Below are positions 1 to 13,891 of a DNA stretch of 64,000 nucleotides, piece after piece. The notes under the pieces are model-generated. The model saw nothing but the letters and a program-made list of their open reading frames with translations. It ran no database searches and was not told the origin of the DNA. This DNA is from Octopus sinensis (taxonomy: Eukaryota). The DNA lies in assembly GCF_006345805.1 (NCBI RefSeq), contig NC_043022.1, positions 14,694,001 through 14,758,000 of the forward strand. The letters run 5' to 3'. Each line of letters starts with the position of its first letter. Position 1 is the stretch's first letter. The translations under genes were made by a program, and so were the position numbers.

Positions 1-1012
1 AAGCACCAGAATTTTAAGAAAACAATTCCTGGGTTAGATTTGTCTAACTGAAGCCTTCAAGGCAATGCTACAGCATGGCCACAGTTCAATGACTGAAATA
101 ATTAAAGGAAGAGCAGAATGGAGTTTAATTTTGAGGATTAGGGTTTAGGGTTAGAACTGCTTTTGCCTAAATATCATCACCAAAGGTCTTTGTTTAACCC
201 TTTAACATTCAAACCAGTCGTATCCAGCCAAAAATATTCTCCCTGTTCCATGTTCAAACTGGCCATAAATTTTTATAAATATATAACTTATAAACTAGAT
301 CTCAAAAAGTTTAAACTGAATGATAAATATATAATATAAGAAGTATAAACACTACGTACGTCTCATGGCTAAAATTAAATTCAAATTAATGTCTGTATGT
401 ATGTATGCATATATATATCACCGTGATCACTGTGACCGACCAGGCTATCAGATGTTGTTACACATCGCTGGTCACAATGCGCTTCACATTGTTTTAGCCT
501 TCAAATGACACCACCCCACTGGCTAAGCGAGTAGGCCAACAGAAGAAAGAGTGATAGAAAGTTGTGGCGAAAGAGTACAGCAGGGTTCGCCACCACCCTC
601 TGCCAGAGCCTCGTGGAGCTTTAGGTGTTTTCGCTCAATAAACACTCACAACGCCCGGGCTGGGAATCGAAACCGCGATCCTACGACCGCGAGTCCGCTG
701 CCCTAACCACTAGGCCATTGCGCCTCCACATGTATATGTATATATATATATATATAATATATATACATACATACATACAGACACACACTGAGATTCCAAA
801 GTTTCTGTCTACAAGGCATCAGGCAACCCAGGGTTACAGTAGGAGACACTTGCCCAAGATGCTGTGCAATGAGACTGAACCCAAGGCCTCATGGTTGAGA
901 GGCAAGCTTCTCAACCACATAGCCATGCCCGTGAATAAAAAGGAAAAAGAAAAAAAAAAGAAGCAAAAAATGAAATCAGATGATATTTTGACAGGTGCCG
1001 AAACCAACTGAC

Positions 1013-1445
1013 CTTTGGTTGGTGAAATAGGGCGATTGCGACGAGGGCTCGGACTACGAGAACGAAACATGTTAATAGGATTGTTTGTATCTTGCTTAAA
1101 GCCAATAGTTCGGCGCAGAGAAGATACAATGCTGCTCATTTTGTATTCCACATCTCTCTTGGCCCCTTCAAGACGTGACAGTTGGGTTTCGAGAGCGTTT
1201 ACTCTGCCCTCGGCACCACTCAGCTTGAGACGAAGTTCTGATAATTCACTATTGGTGTTGTCAAGCACCACTTCGAGATTCTTCTTCTGGTCTTCCAGTT
1301 TCTTCTCAGTGTGGCTGCTGTCTTCGAGTGTTATAATGAAATTCTTCTCCTTCAGACGATATTCGTCCTGAATTTCCGCCATCTTTCTCTGGACGTTGGC
1401 CAATTCTTTACGGAGAGCCTCCCGACTGGCTTCAGTTTCCACAAC
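1013..1445 (-). CDS. CROCC: Rootletin exon (VVETEASRE...LKLSGAEGRVNALE...RSRSPSPRRNRPISPTK); gene continues beyond the window start
   Basis: gtacag acceptor, G|GTCAGT donor, 433 nt, phase 0/1; LS.AEGR...LE..L.R.E motif. Confidence 0.93.
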
Positions 1446-1740
1446 CTGTACAGCAAAATATTTAAAAGAAATATTTATCAAACTGCAACGAGATAAAAGC
1501 TTAAATATTCATTTATCGAACAACAATGAAATGTATGTAAAATACTTATCCAGCAAACAGAATTGAAATAAAATTAAAACACCTGTTTAACAAACTACAA
1601 TGAGATGAAATTAAAATAAATATTTAACGAATAAAATTGAAATAAAATTAAAATTATCATTTAACAAACTACAATGAAATTAAATTTAAATATTTATTTA
1701 TCAAACTACAATGAGATAAAATTAAAATATATATATATAT

Positions 1741-1784
<44 letters not shown>

Positions 1785-1861
1785 TATATATGTATATATA
1801 TATGTATATATATGTGTATATATATATCTGACACAACAGCCATATAAAATCTGGCTCTTAC

Positions 1862-2106
1862 CTTCTGTTTCAGATCAAAGGAAGCTTTCCTTGTTTCCTC
1901 TTCCCGCTCCTCATCACGGGAGACCCTGGCCTGAAGTTCGTTCACTTCTTTACCCAGTTTGCTGCGTTCACCGTCAAGTAACTTCACCTGGCGACGCAAC
2001 TCTTGCAATTCTCGACGTGCATCCAAACGAGCTTTTTCGACTTCACGCAGGTTATTGCGCAGTTCTCCAGCTTCCTTCTGGATGACCATTTTCTGTTCTT
2101 CAATCA
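1862..2106 (-). CDS. CROCC: Rootletin exon (IEEQK...KEAGELRNNLREVEKARLDARRELQELRRQVK...DLKQK)
   Basis: ccaccag acceptor, AAG|GTAAGA donor, 245 nt, phase 1/0; KEAGELR..L.EVE..RL.ARRELQELRRQ motif. Confidence 0.95.
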
Positions 2107-2182
2107 CTGGTGGAACAAAATGCAATACAATGAAAGAGGGTATTGGCACACACACACACACACACGCGTGTGCGTGTATGTG

Positions 2183-2215
<33 letters not shown>

Positions 2216-2531
2216 ATATATATATATATATACAAAATAAGAAAATGGAGAAATACATCTTGGTTTAATAAAGTATGTGATTGGGTATTATCTGATAGTT
2301 GATAAATGATTTAGATGTATTTCTCCATTTTCTTATTTTGTATTATTAATTTATGGTAAAAATAATTTTACCTTTGCCCATGTAATACAGTAAATGAATT
2401 AATTGCATCGCAATTCTTAACATTTATGTATTAACTTTGTTGGGTACTTCACTAACAGTATATTGGATATATGTTATCCCATGGAGGGTTGAATTTGAAA
2501 CCCCTATCTCAATTTATATATATATATATAT

Positions 2532-3300
2532 AAGGTATGATGGGTAAATTGTTGCCATTCTATATTAATAATTTCACACATGCACATTGTTTGTTTTGCA
2601 TTTAGTTGACTACTCAGTATAGTAGGGTCAGTTGGGCACCATCTGTGAGAAAAACAGTACCATGACACAATTCACTCTACCAGAAATTTAGAAACAACAT
2701 GCTGTACTGCTTGGCATTCACACTGGAAGCTCCAATATGAACATTTCAGAGTGTTTGGATGTCAATCTGAGGACATGTACCAAGAGTGAAAAAAAATCAA
2801 ACATCCAGTCAACATCATGGTGTTTGGAGTGATCACTAGTGATGGTGACGTTATGCCTCCATTCATCTTCCCACATGGCCTCAGACACAACAGGTAATCT
2901 GTAGGAAGTAGTGCTGCCCTGGGTGAAGAGGGTGGCTACTGGAAGACCCTATGTCTGGCAACAAGATTCTGCACCATGCCACACAAGCAGGAGAACCCAG
3001 TCATGGGTGTCAGACAATTTCTGCGACCACATCATCCCTAACATCTGGCCACCTAACTCCCTAGACTGCAACCCCCTTGATTATTATGTGTGGGGTGCAG
3101 TTGAGTAAGAGACTGACAAAACTCCTTGTAACACCAAAGATGAACTGAAGGCAAGGATTATGGCAGCATTCGCCAACTTAAACAAGGAGACTGTCCTGAA
3201 GAGTTGCAGGAGATTCCAAGGTCATCTGGAGACCATGGTTAAAGCCAATGACAATTTTAATAAATAAATTTACTCTTTAGTATTTGTAGATATCATCATG
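2532..3300 (+). mobile_element. Decayed IS630/Tc1/mariner transposon, DD37D (maT) type
   Basis: ORF 2911-3108 QQDSAPCH...WPPNSLDCNPLDYYVW with 37 residues between the second and third D; VMVFGVITSDG-like segment upstream; stops and deletions. Confidence 0.85.
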
Positions 3301-3371
3301 TGATTCTGTTGGCCCAGCATGGCCACAGTCCACTGACTGAAACAATTAAAAGATAAAACACTAACGAATAC

Positions 3372-3557
3372 CTCCATTCTTTTGCTGATATTCTTGCAAG
3401 TGCCGACTCAGTTCCATTTTCTCTCCCTCACACTTCTTGACGGAATTACGGAGTTCATCTGATGCCCGTTCCAAAGCTTCCTTCTCTCTGGTTTCATCAT
3501 AGATATTCCTCTTCAGTTCCATCGCATCTTTCCTCATCAATTCCTTTTGTTCTTCAA
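3372..3557 (-). CDS. CROCC: Rootletin exon (EEQKELMRKDAMELKR...ELRNSVKKCEGEK...QQKNG)
   Basis: tttccag acceptor, G|GTATTC donor, 186 nt, phase 1/1. Confidence 0.9.
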
Positions 3558-3966
3558 CTGGAAATTTCATTTAAAAAAAACACACAACTTTTATTTATTT
3601 ATGTATTTATTGTTTAATTAGCATTACATACAATGGTTGTTGCTGTTTTTCAATGTTGTATAGATTGAACAGGTGAAAGCACATGGCCTAGTGGACAGGG
3701 TGTCGCACTCAGGATTGTAAAGGAAAAATTACACACACACACACAACAAAACTTTTCTTTCCTTACTCTTTTTTTTTTTACTTGTTTCAGTCATTTGACT
3801 GTGGCCATGCTGGAGCACCGCCTTTTAGTCGAGCAAATCGACCCCGGGACTTATTCTTTGTAAGCCCAGTACTTATTCTATCGGTGTCTTTTGCCGAACC
3901 GCTAAGTGACGGGGACGTAAACACACTAGCATCAGTTGTCAAGCAATGCTAGGGGGACAAACACAG

Positions 3967-3997
<31 letters not shown>

Positions 3998-4953
3998 CAT
4001 ATATACGACAGGCTTCTTTCAGTTTCCGTCTACCAAATCCACTCATAAGGCATTGGTCAGCCCGGGGCTATAGCAGAAGACACTTGCCCAAGATGCCACG
4101 CAGTGGGACTGAACCTGGAACCATGTGGTTGGTTAGCAAGCTACTTACCACACAGCCAATCCTGCGCCTTCATTCATTTTCTGGCACATCCTTTCTTAAT
4201 ACAGAGCAAGATCATTAAAAATTGCCCTGGGGTGGATTTTATGCATCATATGAATGCCTTACTCCTCTCAACAATACTTCTTTAGAATTCACTACCTTTG
4301 ACTACCGTCCGTGGTACCATATTGAATCAACCTAGCTTTTCCAGATAAACTTTGACAAATGGTCACACCACCCTACACACTTCTCAAAAGTAAAAACAGA
4401 CAAAAATCCTACCCCCCATCAATTTCTCGGTAAGTCTTCTCCCACTGCACCTTCTTAGAATAAGTACAAAATTATTTATACGAAAATAAATTGAAATAAA
4501 ATAAAAATACTAATCAAGCTTCGTTACTATAATTACAATAAATTAAATAGATACATGGTTTATTTTAACGAAGTGCTGTCACTACAGTACACAGAGCCTG
4601 CTTTGATCTTATTACAATTAATTACACAGTAATGATTCGTCTTAAAGTGCTGTCATTAACAGAACACGCAGCTTACTTTGTTATTATTGCAATAAATTAC
4701 ACAACTGTCAGAAATTCAGTAGGGTACCCTGACTATGAATAGGGCTCTGGACAAATAAAATTGAATAATGAATGGTTTTTCTGAAGAAGACTAAGCTTGA
4801 TGAAATCTCATCAATGAATCCCAATTATGCTGTGCACACACATACATAAGATGCTTGGGGAGTGGGCACAAACGGTTCGTTAACATCTATGTATGCAGTT
4901 CATATAGCTTGCAAACTTTCATATCTTATATAGAAAATAATATTTCTTATATA

Positions 4954-5466
4954 CCGTAAATCCTCAAGTATAGTCCGCCCTTAAGTATAATACACAGGGG
5001 ATTTTTAGGGAGCTCTACCTCTGAAAAACCTAAACCTTGTGTATAATACACACCCCTTCTCTAACTTGAGTCAAGGAGGTCTATATAACACCCTTGGTTT
5101 GTAAAACTGTATACGGTAACGTCCTTTATTATTATTGTATATATAACATAATGCAAACGTGTAGCTTTTTTGTGCATTTTGTTTGCAGAAAATAAAGAAA
5201 TAACAGTAATAACGTTTAATAAATGTTGCTTACTGCAAGTTATGGATGATTCTTTTATGACTTCATTGCTTTCAGGCTTAGCTTAAGGTATTTTCGCGCC
5301 CAACATCACAAAATGCGTCTGAATAAACATTGCCGGACAGCAAATAGAGTCTCGGACATTGCTTAGAAAATATTTTTCATTTTTAACCTCGTATATATAA
5401 TACGCACTAGGGATTTTGACCTTTAAATTTTGGGGGAAAATGCGGATTATACTCGAGGATTTACGG
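4954..5466. mobile_element. pogo/Tigger-type MITE
   Basis: TIRs CCGTAAATCCTC(A/G)AGTATA(G/A)TCCGC, TA TSD. Confidence 0.8.
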
Positions 5467-5756
5467 TATTTTGCTAAAAACATAACTATGTACTGATTGA
5501 TAGAAACAAGACAAAGGGAGTGGAGACGCACACACACACACACACACATTTATGTATTTTGTTGTGCATTTGCTATTGATGGGTGGATAAATAAAACGTT
5601 ACATGCTTTTATGTGATGGTTGAGTGTAACTCAGAACAGATTATCCTTATTTATATATATTTGAATTACTCATATAACGAAGAATTTAGTTAACGAACAT
5701 GGTTCTGGAAAGCGTTACGTTCATATATATAAAGACTCCGCTATATATAAATTTGA

Positions 5757-5990
5757 AGGTGGCGAGCAGGCAGAAACGTAAGCATGCCAGGCGAAATGCT
5801 TAGCGGTATTTCACCTGCTGCTACGCTCTGAGTTCAAATCCCGCCGAGGTTGACTTTGCCTTTCATCCTTTCGGGGTCGATTAAATAAGTACCAGTTACG
5901 CACTGGGGTCGATATAATCGACTTAATCCGTTTGTCTGTCCTTGTTTGTCCGCTCTGTGTTTAGCCCCTTGTGGGCAATAAAGAAATAGA
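5757..5990 (+). mobile_element. Abundant tRNA-SINE with Meta-like central domain (copies ~7040-7268, 14050-14283, 17750-17980, 18982-19214, 20783-21195, 35290-35503, 38590-39118, 43766-44165)
   Basis: Repeated GCCTTTCATCCTTTCGGGGTCGAT..AAGTACCAG core with A/B-box head. Confidence 0.85.
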
Positions 5991-6057
5991 TATATATATA
6001 AATTTGATATGGTTTGTCTTAATGAAGTGATACCATAACAGCAGACACGCAGCATAC

Positions 6058-6233
6058 CTTGTCTTATTTTACGGTTGGCTTCAATCAGGTCCCGCCGTAC
6101 ACTGTCCCTGGCCTCTTCCACCAGTTTCAATTGGATCTTCAGTTCGGCAACTTCTTTCAGAGCCACTTCACGGTAACGCTGCAGCTCTTTTGTTCTGTTT
6201 GTCAGATCTTTAATCTCCTTCTCGTTTGCATTC
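6058..6233 (-). CDS. CROCC: Rootletin exon (NANEKEIKDL...QLKLVEEARDSVRRDLIEANRKIRQ)
   Basis: atttcag acceptor, G|GTATGC donor, 176 nt, phase 2/1. Confidence 0.93.
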
Positions 6234-6364
6234 CTGAAATAACAAGGATAAAATAAATAAAAGAAAATAAAAACAAAAATTAACATCAATCAGAAATAAA
6301 AATGAAAATTGATGAAATTAAAATGAGGAATCAAATTAAAATAAGATTGATTTTGTTATATACA

Positions 6365-6404
<40 letters not shown>

Positions 6405-7601
6405 TCTTCATTTACATATATACATTTCCAAAAATGAGTTTAGAAGGATACCTTACTTCGAGCTGTGTGAATAATACCGGATTGACTTGGTGCCTCAACT
6501 TAGGTACCGATTTCAACTGAATCTTTATTATATATATATATATTTAATGTAGGATGAAATTTTTTTCGAAAAAATTTTATCAATGGCTAGCATATTAAAA
6601 AATACCTTTAAAGGTTAAAATTATAAACAACTTATAAATAAGGGCAAACGAAAAAATTTCTAATGCCAAATATGCCGAAAATTGGACATATTGTTCATTA
6701 TGCTGGTGGAGAATGTTAGGTGGAGAATGTTTGAGAAGCGTTAATGCAGTTGTTACGTCAGACTTTCGGTAACTTACCACAATAAAAAGTCAGAACTAGT
6801 ATAAAATAGGGGTGGTGGTGGTGGTGGAGAAAAATGGTTAAGACAAAGATGTGGGTGAAGAAACAAGAATTTTAGGGGAAGATGAAAGAAATAAAGGAAC
6901 GAAGGAACAGAGTATGAAAAAATGGGGGGAGATTGTAACATTGAAAAATTAAAGGTAGGGTGTAGGTGCTATATATAAAAGGGGTCAAAATGGAAAAAAT
7001 GTCAGAGAGGAATATACATATATATATTATTTTTAAATTTTTTTTACTACCCACAAGGGGCTAAACATAGAGGGGACAAACAAGGACAGACAAACGGATT
7101 AAGTCGATTATATCGACCCCAGTGCGTAACTGGTACTTATTTAATCGACCCCGAAAGGATGAAAGGCAAAGTCGACCGCGGCGGAATTTGAACTCAGAAC
7201 GCAGCGGCGGACGAAATACCACAAAGCATTTCGCCCGGTGTGCCAACGTTTCTGCCAGCTTGCCGCCTTGAATATATATATATATATATAATGGTAGAAG
7301 TAAAAATTGTAGGTAATGTCTCAAATTATATAGAAATGAGTAAGAAATACCAGGTGGGTTTTGTTACAAATAAGATCTAAAGAAATAAAATGAAGAGAAT
7401 TAAGAATAAACATATATTTTTTTTTCTTCTTAAAAGCGGTGCAGGCATAGCCGTGTGGTTAAGGTACTTGTTTTGCAACCATGTGGTTTTGGGTTCAGTT
7501 CCATTGCATGGCACCTTGAGTGGTGTATTCTACTGTAGCCTCAGGCCAACAAATTCTTTGAGGATGAATTTACTTGACAAAAACTGTGTGGAAGCCCATC
7601 T

Positions 7602-8010
7602 TGTATGTATGTATGTATGTGTGTGTGTGTGTATGTATGTGTGTGCGTGTGTATGTATGTGTGTGCGTGTGTATGTATGTATGTATGTATGTGTGTGTGT
7701 ATGTATGTGTGTATGTATGTATGTATGTGTGTATGTATGTATGTATGTGTGTATGTGTGTGTGTATGTATGTATGTGTGTATGTATGTGTGTATGTATGT
7801 GTGTGTATGTATGTATGTATATGTGTGTATGTATGTGTGTGTATGTATGTATATGTATGTATGTGTGTATGTATGTATGTGTGTATGTATGTATGTATAT
7901 GTATGTGTGTATGTATGTATGTATGTGTGTGTATGTATGTGTGTATGTATGCATGTATGTATATATGTATGTGTGTGTGTGTGTGAGAGAGAGAGAGTGT
8001 GTGTGTGTGT
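7602..8010. repeat. (GT/ATGT)n microsatellite (similar arrays 33810-34352, 40815-41262)
   Basis: Direct reading. Confidence 0.95.
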
Positions 8011-8692
8011 CCTTGCCCCCACCAACACTTGACAACTGGTGATGGTTTGTTTATGTCTCCTGTAACTTAGTGGTTCGGCAAAAAAGACCAAAACAATAAG
8101 TATCTGAGTTGTACCCCTGCAGTTCAAAAGGGGTCAGCCTCGTCACATTCTGTGTCATGCTGAATCTCCCTGAGAACTACATTAAGGGTACATGGGTCTG
8201 TGGAGTACTCAGCCACTTGCATGTTAATTTTATGAGCAGGCTGTTCCATGGATCGGATCAACTGGAATGGTTATTGTTTTAATCGACCGGAGTGCCAGTA
8301 CAAATCCATGGTATTGTGTTAAACACGAGATCAATTGTAATAATGGAAGTCCTGGTTCAGTTTTGTGCTTTAATTTGGTCGTCATGTGACTTAATTTCAT
8401 ATAAAATATAAAAGTTATAAACATCTTTAATTTCAGAAAGCATAACCCAAAGCAACATGAAATATAATTTATAGTTTATGTCATAAGAAATTAGAAACTT
8501 TGAGAGAACGTGAAATATTTTGCTTTTTAATGACTGAACCTGAAAAAGTTTATTGACAATATTAGGTAAATATTGGGTTAAAAAAGGCCCCTGCTCTGGA
8601 AAAGCTGAAGGTTACCTGTGTTTAACTGAAACTCAAAATGTTAATGTTGCAGGGAGAGAGGAAGAGAGAGAGACAGGGAGAGAGAGAGAGAG

Positions 8693-8730
<38 letters not shown>

Positions 8731-11241
8731 TATTTTTGTAGAGAGAGATGGGGAGAGAGAATATCATTATTATTGTAGAGAGAGAGAGAGAAAGAATATC
8801 ATTATTATTGTAGATAGAGAGAGAGAGAATATTATTATTGAAGAGAGAGATGGGGAGAGAGAGAAAAGGAAGAGAGAGAGTGAGAGACAGGGAGAGATAG
8901 AGAGAGAGAATATCATTATTATTGTGTGACCTGCTAATAAAGTTGAAGCACAACATATAAGAATTCAACAAAAACATGAATGTGTAGACCTTATTTGTTG
9001 AGAGATGACGTGGCAGGAAACGATGCCACAGACCTTCTTGTCTACGTTTCTATTAGCCTGATCTCCAGTTGTCCATAAATGTCTTATCCCTGCACCAGAT
9101 TTCATTTAACAACTTTTATTTTGAAGCTAATGAATGCAGGAGTACCCAGGGAGCGGTCATGGGCACACTGTGGCCTGCATGGCTTTCTGAATGGCACATT
9201 AAAGAAAAGGATGTCTTGAATGTCTTTTTTTATAACTGTGCAGCTGGCTTTTAATAATGAACCATGTCTCATGAGGCCGGTTTCTTGAAAAATGTTGCCT
9301 GAGTTTGAGCTAGGGCATGAGGATGCTGTTGCTCTTAGTTTTAAAATAAAAGTTTCCTGGTTCAAATGCAGCCAGGGATTACATTCAGAGATCAAACTGA
9401 TCGTTACACAGTGTAGACGTAAATATATAAAGATGATGAGTTTAACAACCCAAAATAATTATAACCATTTCAAATATCTTAACCTCCTTCAATGCCCACT
9501 TCCTCTCTCAAAAATTACTTGTCTTGCAGGTTGCTTGGTGACCCTGCTGGTGCTGGTGCCATGTAAAAAGCATCCAGTCCACACTGTGAAGTGCTTGGCA
9601 TTAAGAAGGGCATCCAGCAGTAAAAACCAAGCCAAACCTGACCTTGCCTGTGCTGGTGCCACATAAAAAGCACCTCAGTCCACTTTGCTGGGTGGTTGGC
9701 ATTAGGAGGGGCATCCAGCTGTAAAAAACCATGTCAAAACAGACACGGAAGTCTGAGGTAGTCTTCTACCTGACCAACTCCAGTCAAACCATGCAACCCA
9801 TCCCAGCATGGAATGCAGACGTTAAATGATGATGATGATAATATATTCATCATCATCATCATCATTTAGCATCCGCTTTCCATGCTAGCACGGGTTGGAT
9901 GGTTCAACTGGGGTCTAGGAAGCCAGAAGGCTGCATCAGGCCCAGTTTGATCTGGCAATGTTTCTACGGCTGGATGCCCTTCCTAACGCCAACCACTCCG
10001 TGGGTGTAGTGGGTGCTTTTTATGTGCCACTGGCACAGGTGCCAGACGGAGCTGGCAAACGGCCACGGTCAGATGGTGCTTTTTACGTGCCACCGGCACG
10101 GGGGCCAGGCAAGGCTGGCATATTGCTTCGAATTAATCGTGCCTTGTCTTGTAGCTTTGAGATTTTGATGATGTGATCGTTTATTTTTAGAATGACATTG
10201 TAGGGTAGGTGAGAGAGGCCAGATCTGGTTGGTTTGAGCATAAAACAGACTATTGGACTGGATGTGGCTGCTTTAGATAGTAAAGGGTTAAATTATTCAG
10301 AGTATTAAACTCCTTTGATTCACAGGTGTAATGTTTCATCCTCACCATTAATAAACAGACACGGTCACACACAACCAAGTGGATTACACATTTTATGAAC
10401 AAGAACACGACAAACTAAGACATTCTAAGAGAATTGAAATTTCCACTATAAGCCAATTCCAAGGCACTTTTGGAAATCACAGGTTGTAGAGGAAATGCTT
10501 CATGGGGAATGATAAAGAGAGAAGACAAGAATTGAGATTCAAGCAATTTTATTGTAGAATTCCAAGAAAGGAATGCTTGGGAGTGGAAACTGCTCATAAT
10601 GTCAACAATTTAACCAGGGGACTGTCAACAGACATACAGTTCAATATTGATTCTAAAAGTTGTGTGTGTGTGCGTGTGTGAGAGTATTTTTGTCTTTTCA
10701 CCACATGATGGTTGTAAACGAGCATCACCTTCATACAAGCAGTGTTGTTTCTAATCTTCTATGGAAAAAAACGTATCTGGCCACAGGGAAATATTAACTT
10801 GCTTAGAAACAGGTGAGGGCAGGTGACAGAAAGGACATCCAATCACACAGAAAATCTGCCACAACAAATCCTGTTTGACCCACGCAAACATGGAAAAGTG
10901 GGTATTAAAGATGAAATATATATATGTATGTATAAATGCATATACAGGCACAAACACACATGCTCATACTTACATCCAAACACACAAATGTATATATATG
11001 ACTGTGAGAGAGAGAGAGGAAGACAAAGTTGGAGGCCAAAGCCAGACAATAATCAGGGCATATTTTACCCTAATACATAACTGGTATTTAAGTTACCAAC
11101 CTGTAAGAAATGAAATAATATGATACGAATAAATATATTACAGATTGGACTGCAATCGTCCCACGAATGCGGACTAAGGTCACAAAAAACACCTGATTTG
11201 TAAAAAAGCGTGTATTGATAGATTAAAATATTTACAAATTC

Positions 11242-11314
11242 CATCTCATGGCGCAATGAATAATGTACCTGACTAAGGATGAGAAGACTCCAGGTTCAAA
11301 TCCTAGTGAGCTCA
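11242..11314 (+). pseudogene. tRNA-Arg(ACG)-like pseudogene or SINE head
   Basis: TGGCGCAATGAATAATGTACCTGACTAAGGATGAGAAGACTCCAGGTTCAAATCCT closely resembles eukaryotic tRNA-Arg-ACG; anticodon and acceptor stem mutated. Confidence 0.6.
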
Positions 11315-11714
11315 CATTATATTTATAGGCATGGCTGTGTGGTTAAGTAGCTTGCTTTGCAACCACACACTCTCAAGTTCGATCCCAGTGCGTGGCACAT
11401 TGAGCAAGAGTCTTCTACTACAGACCAATGCCTTATGAATGAATTTGGTAGATAGAAATTGTGTGGAAATGTATGAATGTATGCATGTGTGTGTGTGTGT
11501 GTGTTTATCTTCCACCATGGCTTGACAACCGGTGTTGGTTTGTTTATGTTCCATAATTTAGCAGTTCAGCAAAAGAAACTGATAGAATAAGTAGCAGACT
11601 TTTAAAAAAAATAAATACTGGAGTCTGATTTGTGTGACTAAAAATCCTTCCAAGCAGTGCCCCAGCAGGGCCAGAGTCCAACATCTGAAACAAGTAAAAG
11701 ACAGGAATATTTAC

Positions 11715-11911
11715 GTTGATTCTTCAAACTGGTCTTGGAAGTTCTTCAGTTCTGACTGCAAACTGTTGGCAACATCACGGTCTTGTTCTTGCTTCAACAA
11801 AGCCTCTCTCTTCAGTTTGTTGTATTCCACTTGTAAACTGGTCAATTCCTGTTGAATCATGTTGTTTCTGTCCAGGAGGGAAGTTTTCTCTTGGTCCAAT
11901 AATGAGATCAC
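11715..11911 (-). CDS. CROCC: Rootletin exon (VISLLDQEKTSL...KQEQDRDVANSLQSELKNFQDQFEES)
   Basis: ttccacag acceptor, AC|GTAAAT donor, 197 nt, phase 0/2; QEQDR...N.L.SEL motif. Confidence 0.93.
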
Positions 11912-12478
11912 CTGTGGAAATTAAAGATAACACTGAGTTGTATTGATTTCATCATCATCATCTTCGTTTAGCGTCCGCTTTCCATGCTAGCATGGGTTGG
12001 ACGGTTCAACTGGGGTCTGGGAAGCCAGAAGGCTGCACCAGGCCAAGTCTGATCAGGCAATGTTTCTATGGCTGGATGCCCTTCCTAACGCCAACCACTC
12101 CGTGAGTGTAGTGGGTGCTTTTTACATGCCACTGGCACAGGTGCCAGACGAGGCTGGCAAACGGCCATGATCGGATGGTGCTTTTTACGTGCCACTGGCA
12201 TGGGGGCCAGGCGAGGCTGGCATCATCATCACTTAATGTCCGTTGTCCATGCTGGCATGGGTTGGACAGTTTCACAGAGCTGGCATGCTGGAAGGCTACA
12301 CCAGGCTCCAGTCTGATTTGTCATGGTTTACTGCAACTGGATACTCTTCCTATTTCAAACAAACACAACTGAAAACAATAACTCTGTCTTCGTTAAGGCA
12401 GAGGTAATGATATTGATGTAATATGTCCAAAAAAACAAAAAAATGTTGAGAAATTACCCCTAATTCCTCTTTACTCAC

Positions 12479-12658
12479 CTGTTGCTTTTCATTTTCTGCC
12501 AATAACAAAGATTCGTCCCGTTCTCGTTGAATGGCAGCTAATGCTTCCTCAAGTTGTGCTTTCTCCAAACCTAATTGGTTGCCAAGTTCTTCTCTCTCCA
12601 AATTATGTTGGTGTAACATCTGCTCACGTTGAGATTTGAAGTCCAAGCATTGGCTTTC
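12479..12658 (-). CDS. CROCC: Rootletin exon (ESQCLDFKSQRE...QRERDESLLLAENEKQQ)
   Basis: tctgtag acceptor, CAG|GTGAGT donor, 180 nt, phase 0/0; ERDE.LLLAE.EKQQ motif. Confidence 0.95.
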
Positions 12659-13721
12659 CTACAGAAAAATAACAAAACAAAATTATTTCTTTTGTCAACA
12701 TGTCATCAGCATCGTTTAACGTCCGCTTTCCATGCTGGGATGGGTTGGACAGCTTGACTGAGGACTGGCGAGCTAGATAGCCACACCAGGCTCCAATCTG
12801 ATCTGGCAAGGTTCCTACAGCTGGATGCCCTTCCTAACACCAACCACTCCGAGAATGTAGTGGGTGCTTTTTTTACATGCCACCAGCACAGGGGCCAGTC
12901 AGGCAGGATTGGCATCAACCATGCTTGAATGGTGCTTTTTACGTGACACCAGCATGGGAGCCAGTTAGGTGGCACTGGCATCGACTATGCTCGAATGGTG
13001 CCTTTTATGTGCCACCGGCACAGGAGCCAGTCAGGTGGCACTCTCTGTTAAAATACACTGCTTTGCTATCAGTTTTGAAAAATCTTTTACTTGTTTCAGT
13101 CATTTGACTGCGGCCATGCTGGGGCACCACCTTCAGTAATTTTAGTTGAATAAATCAACCCAAGTTTTTTTAAAACCCAGTACTTATACTGTTGGTCTCT
13201 TTTGCTGAACTGCTAGGCTACGTGGATGTAAATATACCAACAGCAGTTGTCACACGGTGGTGGGGGATAACCACAGGCACACACACACACACACACGTAT
13301 GATGGGCTTCTTTCAGTTTCCGACTACCAAATCCACATGCAAAGTTTTGGTTGGCCCAAGGCTATAGTAGAAGACATTTGCTCAAGATGCCGCACAGTGG
13401 GACTGAACCCAGAACCGTGTGGTTAAGAAGCATATTTCTTACCACCCAGCCACTCCTGTGCCAATATTCGGCTCAATTGCTAGATGTTACAATTACCACA
13501 AATCAAATGGGTTGATAATCAATCAAAAATTCTACCAGGATCCCAAATGCACACACCCCACAACCTTCCACAATGCTCAGAAAAAAATTGGCCCCGGTGG
13601 AGGGGGGGTCCACACAACAAAACCTATTTTTTCCTTATCACTGATTCATGGTGTGATTGTTTCTTTTTTTAACCAAACACCTGGAATAAACAAAGGTAGA
13701 TGTCCTAACAAAAATATTTAC

Positions 13722-13891
13722 CTTTTCTCTGTTAAGTCGCTCGACATCTTCTTCATGAGATTGCTGTTCCTGTTTTAAGGCCACTTGAAGATCTTTTTCG
13801 AGCTGCTGGAGACGAGTATTAAGCAATTCTTTCTGTCTTTCGAGACGTTCAGTGTCTATTTCCTTGTCTTTCAAGATCCTTTGGATTTCAG
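13722..13891 (-). CDS. CROCC: Rootletin exon (EIQRILKDKE...HEEDVERLNREK)
   Basis: tatacag acceptor, AAG|GTAAAT donor, 170 nt, phase 1/0; HEED..RL.REK motif. Confidence 0.93.

Noticed and set aside
138-154. TTAGGG-like telomeric repeat
   Set aside because: Only ~2.5 imperfect units.
7390-8127. Long ORFs rich in CVYM/HTYI (also 33829-34406, 40787-41305, 44346-44862, 42431-43105)
   Set aside because: Translations of microsatellites with no coding signature.
8990-9400. Non-repetitive segment as a possible nested gene or extra exon
   Set aside because: Flanking rootletin exons join in phase without it; the ORFs are short and unrecognisable.
11242-11314. Functional tRNA gene
   Set aside because: Acceptor stem is broken, the D-loop GG and anticodon are mutated, and there is no clean terminator; treated as a pseudogene.
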